Source: an uncultured Acidobacteriota bacterium (GTDB lineage Bacteria; Acidobacteriota; Thermoanaerobaculia; Multivoradales; UBA5704). From it: DNA of 64,000 nt. The position numbers and the translations under genes were made by a program. Shown here piece by piece: positions 57,849 to 64,000 of this stretch. The stretch's first letter is position 1. Every line of letters begins with the position of its first letter. The stretch is from contig OY969474.1 of NCBI GenBank assembly GCA_963700145.1, forward strand, positions 2,976,001 to 3,040,000, written 5' to 3'. A model generated the notes under the pieces. The model saw only the letters and a list, made by a program, of their open reading frames with translations, ran no database searches and was not told the origin of the DNA.

Positions 57849-57859
57849 AGCGCAGCCGG

Positions 57860-60094
57860 ATGCTCATGCGGTCGGCGCTCCTCCCGGCGCTCCTTCTTCC
57901 CCTGCTCGCGCAGCAGCCGCTGCGGCCCGATCCCACGAAGGGCGTCGTCGACGGCAAGGCGGCGGTGAGCTTCTGGCCGGCGGTGGGCCCTGAAGGGGAG
58001 GAGTTTCTCGCGCCCGTCGGGTTCGAGGCCCATCTCGTCCCGCTGTCGGAGCTCGACCGCGAGCTCGTCTACCCCTGCGGCATCTGGTTCGTCCCGCCGG
58101 GCGGCGGGTACAAGGCGTGGGTGGAGGGGGAGGATCGGCTCAGCTCTCCCATGATCGTCCACTACAAGCCGTCTCCTTTTACGGGGCGGGGATTCGTAGC
58201 CGTCTTCCCGGTGGAGCCGGCCGGACGCGTGGGGATCCCGGCCGAGAAGGAGCTGCCCGCCGACACCTCGCTCCGCCTGCTCCATCTCGACCCCAAGTTT
58301 CCGCAGCGTGCGTTCGACCGCCGGACCGGCGCCACGGGCGCCGCCCGCAAGGGGCTGCTGATGCCCGCGGGGCGCGTCCTCATGGGCTCGTTCGCCCGCG
58401 CCTCCGGCGGGGCCCTGGCGCTCTCGCGGCCTCTCGAGGTGGTTCCCGGGCGCGTGGCGCGCGCCTGGCCGCAGCCGCCGGCTGCTGGTTCCGACCTGCT
58501 GGCGGTCCTCGATCGGCCGCGGTTGGCTTCGGCGGAGCAGCCGGACGCGGTCGAGTTGTCCGTCGCGGGCGTGGACGGCGCGCCGCGCGCGCCGGACGTC
58601 TTCGTCAACGCGGGGGACCGGGTCTACGGCGTGTGGTACGGCCTCGAGGGGAGCGCGGCGCGGCTGGTCGCGAGCTCGACCGTCCTCTTTCTGCCGCCCC
58701 GCGACATCCCGCTGCGGCCGGGCAAGGTCGAGACCGTGCGGGGCGAGCTCGGCCTCCTGCCGGGGATCGACGTCACTCTGGATCTCCCCGACGCGCTCAA
58801 GCCGGACCGCATCACCCTGGCGGTGCGCGCCGCAGCCGGGGACCCCGAACCGTTGCGCCGGGTGGTGCTGCCGCGCGACACCGGGGCGCACCGCTTCGAC
58901 GCCCTGCCTGCCGCGCCGCTCGACGTCGTGCTCGAGGCGCCGCCCTGGATCGCACACCGGACGGTCGACCTCAGCTCCGGCGAGGACAGCAGCGTCGAGT
59001 TCCGGCCGCAGGCGATCGCAGTCCGCGGCACCGTCTATCGCGGCGCGAAACCCGCGCGCGCCGAGGTGGCCTTCCGCACTGGCGGCGAGGACGGCTGGCT
59101 GCGCGTGCAGACCGATGAGCGGGGAGCGTACGAGGCGGTGCTCTGGGGGCCGGGCGGCTATCTGATCCAGGTCGACCTGGCGACGACGTCCGGGCCGCCG
59201 TTCGTCGAGATGGAGACGATCGAGGAGAGTGGGACACTCGACCTCCACGTCCCGGGCTCCAGCTATTCGGTGCGCGTCCTCGACGCGGAAACTGGCCGCG
59301 GGATCGCGGGCGCGGCGGTGAGCGCCGGCAACCGCTACGTGGACCCCCGCCTGGGGGAGCGGGACGCCGGACAAAAGGCGACCACCGACGAGGAGGGCGT
59401 CGCCGAGCTCCAGCCGCTGCGGCCCGGGGAGCTCATGGTGGCGGCGCGCGCCGACGGGTATCTGCCGTCCGAGACACTAACGGAGACGGTGCCGGAGAGA
59501 GAGCTCGAGCGCGAGCTGACGTTCCGGCTGCGGCCCGTCGGGCCGACGAAGGCGCTCCGCCTGCGCCTGCCCGGCGGCGCGCCCGCCGCCGGCGCCGAGC
59601 TGCGCGCCCAGCGTGGCCTGGGCGACGACTCCGCCCTCTGGCAGGGGCTCACCGACGCGACCGGCGAAGTCCAGGTGCCCGATCTCGCGGAGGGCGCCTT
59701 CCTCCTCGTGCGTCATGCGCAGGCGGGGTCGCTGGTGCGGGGGTGGCGCGGCGGCGTGGAGACGGCCGTGTGGACGCTGCCTCCCGCAGCCCCGCCGCTC
59801 GCCGTCGCCGCGGTCCGCCCCTCGGGCGAGCCGGCCGCCTACGTGCCGCTGGCGCTGTGGCTGGACGGCGTGCGTTTGACCGGGCGGAGCCTGGCGTTCG
59901 TCGCCTGGTCGCATCACGCGGGCGCGGGACAGGACGGCTCCTGGCTCGGCCGCAACCTGCCGCCGGAGCCCCTCCGCCTCCTCGCCTGGACCGCCGCCGA
60001 GCAGGAAGCCGCCCTCGCCGGCCTCTTCGACGCCCGCGCCCTCGCCGTGCCCGCGCCCTGGCCCGCTGCCGTACGGCTCGAGACCATCGATTAG
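57860..60094 (+). CDS. large exported beta-sandwich protein (carboxypeptidase-regulatory-like repeats)
   Basis: Signal peptide; VRGTVYRG...TDERGAY, VRVLDAETGRGIAGAAV, TDEEGVA...ARADGY, TDATGEV. Confidence 0.78.
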   Translation: MLMRSALLPALLLPLLAQQPLRPDPTKGVVDGKAAVSFWPAVGPEGEEFLAPVGFEAHLVPLSELDRELVYPCGIWFVPPGGGYKAWVEGEDRLSSPMIVHYKPSPFTGRGFVAVFPVEPAGRVGIPAEKELPADTSLRLLHLDPKFPQRAFDRRTGATGAARKGLLMPAGRVLMGSFARASGGALALSRPLEVVPGRVARAWPQPPAAGSDLLAVLDRPRLASAEQPDAVELSVAGVDGAPRAPDVFVNAGDRVYGVWYGLEGSAARLVASSTVLFLPPRDIPLRPGKVETVRGELGLLPGIDVTLDLPDALKPDRITLAVRAAAGDPEPLRRVVLPRDTGAHRFDALPAAPLDVVLEAPPWIAHRTVDLSSGEDSSVEFRPQAIAVRGTVYRGAKPARAEVAFRTGGEDGWLRVQTDERGAYEAVLWGPGGYLIQVDLATTSGPPFVEMETIEESGTLDLHVPGSSYSVRVLDAETGRGIAGAAVSAGNRYVDPRLGERDAGQKATTDEEGVAELQPLRPGELMVAARADGYLPSETLTETVPERELERELTFRLRPVGPTKALRLRLPGGAPAAGAELRAQRGLGDDSALWQGLTDATGEVQVPDLAEGAFLLVRHAQAGSLVRGWRGGVETAVWTLPPAAPPLAVAAVRPSGEPAAYVPLALWLDGVRLTGRSLAFVAWSHHAGAGQDGSWLGRNLPPEPLRLLAWTAAEQEAALAGLFDARALAVPAPWPAAVRLETID

Positions 60095-60161
60095 CCAAGC
60101 CGCCCGCACCCACCCCCGCCGCGTCCGCGGCTACAATTCAGCCGTTCCTTAGGGGGAGAGG

Positions 60162-62213
60162 TTGACGCCGCGCGAGCCGGGGACCGTCCTCGAAGGCAAG
60201 TACGAGATCGTCCAGCGCCTGGGGGGCGGCGGCATGGGGGAGGTCCACCTCGTGCGCCACATCCACCTGCAGGAGCTGCGGGTGGTCAAGATCCTGCGCC
60301 AGGACCTCGCCGCCGACCCCTCGGCGCAGAAGCGCTTCCTGCGCGAGGCCCGCCTCGCCACCCAGATCAAGCACCCGAACGTCGCCATCCTCTACGACTA
60401 CTCGCGCCTGGCCGACGGCAGCTTCTACACCGTCTGGGAGCACATCGAGGGGCAGGACGTGGGCGACCGCCTGCGCAAGGAGGGGCCGTTCCCGGTGCCG
60501 GCGGCGATCCAGCTCGCGATCCAGGCGCTGCGCGGCCTCGAGGCGATCCACGCCACCGGCGTCATCCACCGCGACCTCAGCCCCGACAACCTGATGCTGA
60601 CGACCGACCGGCGCGGCCAGCTCCGCATCAAGATCATCGACTTGGGGCTGGCCAAGAACCTGACGGCGCACGACTCCGGGGGGTTCGAGATCACGCAGGT
60701 CGGGATGTTCATGGGCAAGCTCCAGTACTGCTCGCCCGAGCAGGCGGGGACGGGGCCCGGCGCCGACCTCGACCGCCGGAGCGACATCTACTCGCTGGCG
60801 CTGGTGCTGTACGAGATGACGACCGGGCTGCCGCCCTTCCACTCCGAGAACCAGGCCGGCTTCATCTTCAAGCGGCTCTCCGAGGACCCGCTGCCGATGG
60901 TGGGGCGGAACCCGAAGATCGAGATCCCCGAGGACCTCGACCGGGTGATCCGCCGGGCGCTGGCGCGCGACCGCGAGAAGCGCTACCCGGACGCGGTCTC
61001 CTTCATCCTGGCGCTCGAGCGGGTGGCGCACGGCCTCCAGGCGCACGAGACCCAGGAGGTGCCGATCCTCCACGAGGCGCGGCGCCCGCCGGCGGCGCCG
61101 CGCCCGGCGGCCGCGACGCACCTCCCGCCGGCGCGCCCGCGCAGCTCGAGCGAGCTGACGCGCGAGGAGCGGATGGAGCTGCTGGCGCAGATCGAGCGCG
61201 CCGCCACCCGCACCCGCGAGGTCTCCGAGGCGGCGGTGCGGGCCGAGGAGGCGCTCGCCGCCGGCCGCGTCGAGGAGGCGCGGGCGATTGTGGCGGAGCT
61301 CGAGGCGGCCAACCCGCGGAGCCTGGGGCTCGACCGGGTCAAGCAGCAGCTCGCCGCCGAGGACGAGCGGCGGACGCGGGCCGAGCGGCTGGCCGCGAGC
61401 GAGAAGATGCTCGACACCTACCTCAAGAAGCACCAGATGCCGCTGGCGCGGCTGGCCTTCGAGACGCTGCTCGAGCTCGCCCCCGACCACCCGCGGCGGG
61501 CGGAGTTCGAGACCGCGCTCGCCTCCGCCGGCGCCGAGGCGCAGCAGGAGAAACGGCTCGACGGCGCGCTGGCCGCCGCCCGCGCCGCCCTCGGGCGCGG
61601 CGACTTCCGCGCCGCCCGCCGCGAGGCCGAGGCGATCGCCCGCCTCGACCGCGAGGGGAGCACGGCCGCCGCCTTCCGCGCCGAGATCGAGGCCGCCGAG
61701 CGCGACCAGCGCGAGCACCGGGAGCTGGGACGGCGGGCGGCGCGGCTGGAGGAGGACCTCGACGCCGGGCGGCTGGAGGAGGCGGAGCGCGAGCTGGAGT
61801 CGCTCGCCGCGCTCGGTCTCTCGCGCGTCACGCTGGAAGGCTACCGCGAGCAGCTGGCGGCGGCGCGAGGCCGCGCCGAGCAGCAGGCGCGGGTGCAGGT
61901 CTACGAGGCGCGCTTCCAGCAGGCAGTCGGGGCCGGCGACTGGTTCGCGGCCCGCGACGTCGCCCACGAGCTCGGCGAGGAGCTCCCTGGCCACGCCCGC
62001 TCGGCGGCGATGTTCGCCGAGGCCGCCGGCCTGGAGTCCGAGGCCAAGCGCCGCCAGGGCATCGAAGGCGGCGAGCGCCAGATCGAAGGCTTCCTCGAAT
62101 CCGGCGACTGGCGCAGCGCCGAGCTGGCCCTGAAGATCCTCCTCCAGATGGACCCCGAGAACCGCCAGCGCAAGAAGTTCGAGAAGGCGATCAAGGCGCT
62201 GCAGCGGGGCTAG
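60162..62213 (+). CDS. cytoplasmic Ser/Thr protein kinase with a helical/TPR-like C-terminus
   Basis: LGGGGMGEV, VVK, HRDLSPDN, DLGLAK, YCSPEQ; TTG start after GGGAGAGG. Confidence 0.92.
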   Translation: MTPREPGTVLEGKYEIVQRLGGGGMGEVHLVRHIHLQELRVVKILRQDLAADPSAQKRFLREARLATQIKHPNVAILYDYSRLADGSFYTVWEHIEGQDVGDRLRKEGPFPVPAAIQLAIQALRGLEAIHATGVIHRDLSPDNLMLTTDRRGQLRIKIIDLGLAKNLTAHDSGGFEITQVGMFMGKLQYCSPEQAGTGPGADLDRRSDIYSLALVLYEMTTGLPPFHSENQAGFIFKRLSEDPLPMVGRNPKIEIPEDLDRVIRRALARDREKRYPDAVSFILALERVAHGLQAHETQEVPILHEARRPPAAPRPAAATHLPPARPRSSSELTREERMELLAQIERAATRTREVSEAAVRAEEALAAGRVEEARAIVAELEAANPRSLGLDRVKQQLAAEDERRTRAERLAASEKMLDTYLKKHQMPLARLAFETLLELAPDHPRRAEFETALASAGAEAQQEKRLDGALAAARAALGRGDFRAARREAEAIARLDREGSTAAAFRAEIEAAERDQREHRELGRRAARLEEDLDAGRLEEAERELESLAALGLSRVTLEGYREQLAAARGRAEQQARVQVYEARFQQAVGAGDWFAARDVAHELGEELPGHARSAAMFAEAAGLESEAKRRQGIEGGERQIEGFLESGDWRSAELALKILLQMDPENRQRKKFEKAIKALQRG

Positions 62214-62249
62214 GAGGATTTTGGGCGTGCGGATGTTCTAATCTCAGTC

Positions 62250-62486
62250 GTGGAGAAGCAGATGGCGCCGCCGGAACCACTCATCACCTCATCACCTGAC
62301 CGCCTGAGCGGCACGCCCGTCTTTGCCGGGACTCGCGTGCCCGTGCAGACGCTCATCGACTATCTCGAGGCTGGGGACTCTCTCGACGTGTTTCTCCAGG
62401 ACTTCCCAGCGGTCTCCCGCGAGCATGCCGTAGCTGTTCTCCAGCTCGCCAAGTCGGCTCTGCTCGCCGCGGTCGTCGCGGCCTAA
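62250..62486 (+). CDS. DUF433-family antitoxin
   Basis: SGTPVFAGTRVPVQTLIDYLEAGDSLDVFLQDFP. Confidence 0.9.
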   Translation: MEKQMAPPEPLITSSPDRLSGTPVFAGTRVPVQTLIDYLEAGDSLDVFLQDFPAVSREHAVAVLQLAKSALLAAVVAA

Positions 62487-62497
62487 CTCTTTTCCAT

Positions 62498-62689
62498 TTG
62501 CGCGTTCTCCTCGACGCGTGCGTTCCTCGTCGACTTGGCTCGGCGTTGGTCGGCCATGAAGCGGCGACGGCTCAACTCCGCGCGAGGACAAACCTGCTCG
62601 CCGATTTACTGCCGCTCGTCCCGGCAGTGCTCGCCGCTCTCGTCGAGCTCGGTCAAGGCGAGGTGCGTGAGCTGGTGGCCGGCGCTTGA
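62498..62689 (+). pseudogene. DUF5615/PIN-like toxin with an internal in-frame deletion
   Basis: RVLLDACVPRRL...GHE joined directly to LRARTNLLADLLPLVP; central core missing; 63 aa. Confidence 0.7.
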
Positions 62690-62737
62690 CGTCGGCGCGT
62701 ACCTGCCGTTCGCCGCGCTGTTAGACTTTCTCCCTCG

Positions 62738-64000
62738 ATGGCCACCCTCGACGCTCCCGAGCAGGCGACGGCGCCGGCCGCCCTCGCCGACCGGCAGGCC
62801 CGCCTGCTGCGCTACGCCTTCATGAAGCTGACGCGGGACTTCGACTCGCGGTTCGAGGCGCTGCTGCTGACCGGACGGGTGTCGAAGTGGTACAGCGAGG
62901 TGGGGGCAGAGGCGACGACGGTGCCGGCGGGGCTGGCGCTCGAGGCGGGCGACGCGCTCTGCACCCTCCACCGCGACTTGGGCGCCATCCTCGCCGTCTA
63001 CCTCGACCCGGCGCGCACCTTCCCGGGGCTCGGCTTCGGCGCGCCGGACGGCCGCCGCCCCGATCCCGAGCCGCTCCTCTACCGCCTGGCCTGCCAGCTC
63101 CTCGGCAAGGCCGACGGCTTCTCGCAGGGTGTCGAGCGGTCGTTTCACTACGGATATCTCGCGCCCGAGCACGGCATCCTGCACGTCGGCATGATCAGCC
63201 ACCTGGGCTCGATGATCCCGGTCGCCGCCGGCTGCGCCTTCGCCTTCCGCCAGCGCGAGAGCGACCGGGTGGCGATCAACTTCATCGGCGACGGCGGCAC
63301 CTCGACCGGCGACTTCCACGAGGGGCTCAACATGGCGGCGGTGTGGAAGCTGCCGCTCGTCCTGGTCGTCGAGAACAACCGCTACGCCTTCTCGACCCCG
63401 ACCTCGCTCCAGTTCGCCTGCCGCCAGCTCAGCGAGCGCGGCCCCGGCTACGGCATCGCCGCCGAGACCGTGGACGGCAACGACCCCGACGCGATGGCCG
63501 AGGCGCTGGCCCGCGCGGTGGCGCGCGGCCGCGCCAGCGAGGGGCCGACGCTCCTCGAAGCGATGCAGGGGCGGATGCGCGGCCACAGCGAAGGGGACGA
63601 CTCGCTCAAGGTGGTGCCGGCCGACGAGCTGGCCACCTACCGCGAGGCCGATCCGGTGCCGACGTACCGGCGGCGGCTGGAGGAAGACGGCGTCTTCGAC
63701 GCCACGACCCGCGAGCGGCTCGACGCGCGCATCGCCGAGCTGGTCGAAGGCGCCATCGGCCGCGCGCTGGAGGCGCCGCCGCCGGACGTCGCGGTCGCCT
63801 TCCGGCCGGTCTTCGCGCCGGCGCCGGAAGCGGAGCCGACTCCCGCCGCGCCCGACCCGGCGCGCGCCCCGGCGGTCCAGACCCGCGAGACCACCTATGT
63901 GGATGCCATCAACGACGCCCTCCGCGAGGAGATGGAGCGCGACGAGTCGGTCGTCTTGCTAGGGCAGGACATCGGCGCCTTCGAAGGCGCCTTCCGCACC
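62738..64000 (+). CDS. fused 2-oxoacid dehydrogenase E1 alpha/beta (3' end outside window)
   Basis: Manual translation: [25 protein letters not shown]...ENNRYA TPP motif, RMRGHS, then beta start [28 protein letters not shown]. Confidence 0.92.
   Translation, partial: MATLDAPEQATAPAALADRQARLLRYAFMKLTRDFDSRFEALLLTGRVSKWYSEVGAEATTVPAGLALEAGDALCTLHRDLGAILAVYLDPARTFPGLGFGAPDGRRPDPEPLLYRLACQLLGKADGFSQGVERSFHYGYLAPEHGILHVGMISHLGSMIPVAAGCAFAFRQRESDRVAINFIGDGGTSTGDFHEGLNMAAVWKLPLVLVVENNRYAFSTPTSLQFACRQLSERGPGYGIAAETVDGNDPDAMAEALARAVARGRASEGPTLLEAMQGRMRGHSEGDDSLKVVPADELATYREADPVPTYRRRLEEDGVFDATTRERLDARIAELVEGAIGRALEAPPPDVAVAFRPVFAPAPEAEPTPAAPDPARAPAVQTRETTYVDAINDALREEMERDESVVLLGQDIGAFEGAFRT

Overview
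Very GC-rich (about 70-75% by eye) chromosomal window from a Gram-negative bacterium. Gene content and order suggest Acidobacteriota, possibly Thermoanaerobaculia; this is inference only. Main contents in order: lpxK-kdtA; an ECF sigma/anti-sigma pair heading a type II secretion/type IV pilus-like operon with a cohesin-tailed secretin; dut; two convergent phosphatases separated by an inverted-repeat-bounded 21-bp repeat element; cytochrome c, SDR, nth, yqgE and acnA; a low-GC islet where an IS256 splits a lipoprotein gene; queD; a MacAB-like ABC exporter; gltA; a Fur-headed FTR1/ABC/ApbE/porin/FMN-binding iron-flavinylation operon; a TetR gene divergent from a five-gene signalling module (secreted protein, FHA-GAF, Ser/Thr kinase-TPR, sensor-less His kinase, NarL regulator); an erythromycin-esterase/beta-lactamase fusion; a Cys-rich peptide with a large beta-sandwich partner; a second Ser/Thr kinase; a DUF433/PIN toxin-antitoxin pair with a deleted toxin; and a fused 2-oxoacid dehydrogenase E1. 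The most unusual signals are non-coding. Two homologous ~160-bp structured palindromic elements (20082-20248, 44092-44250) show compensatory base changes, and each sits in a strand-specific cytosine-depleted zone that rewrites synonymous codons of neighbouring genes. There are also GTAG-type REPs and a candidate anti-Shine-Dalgarno sRNA. All product calls come from motif recognition by eye; no searches were run.
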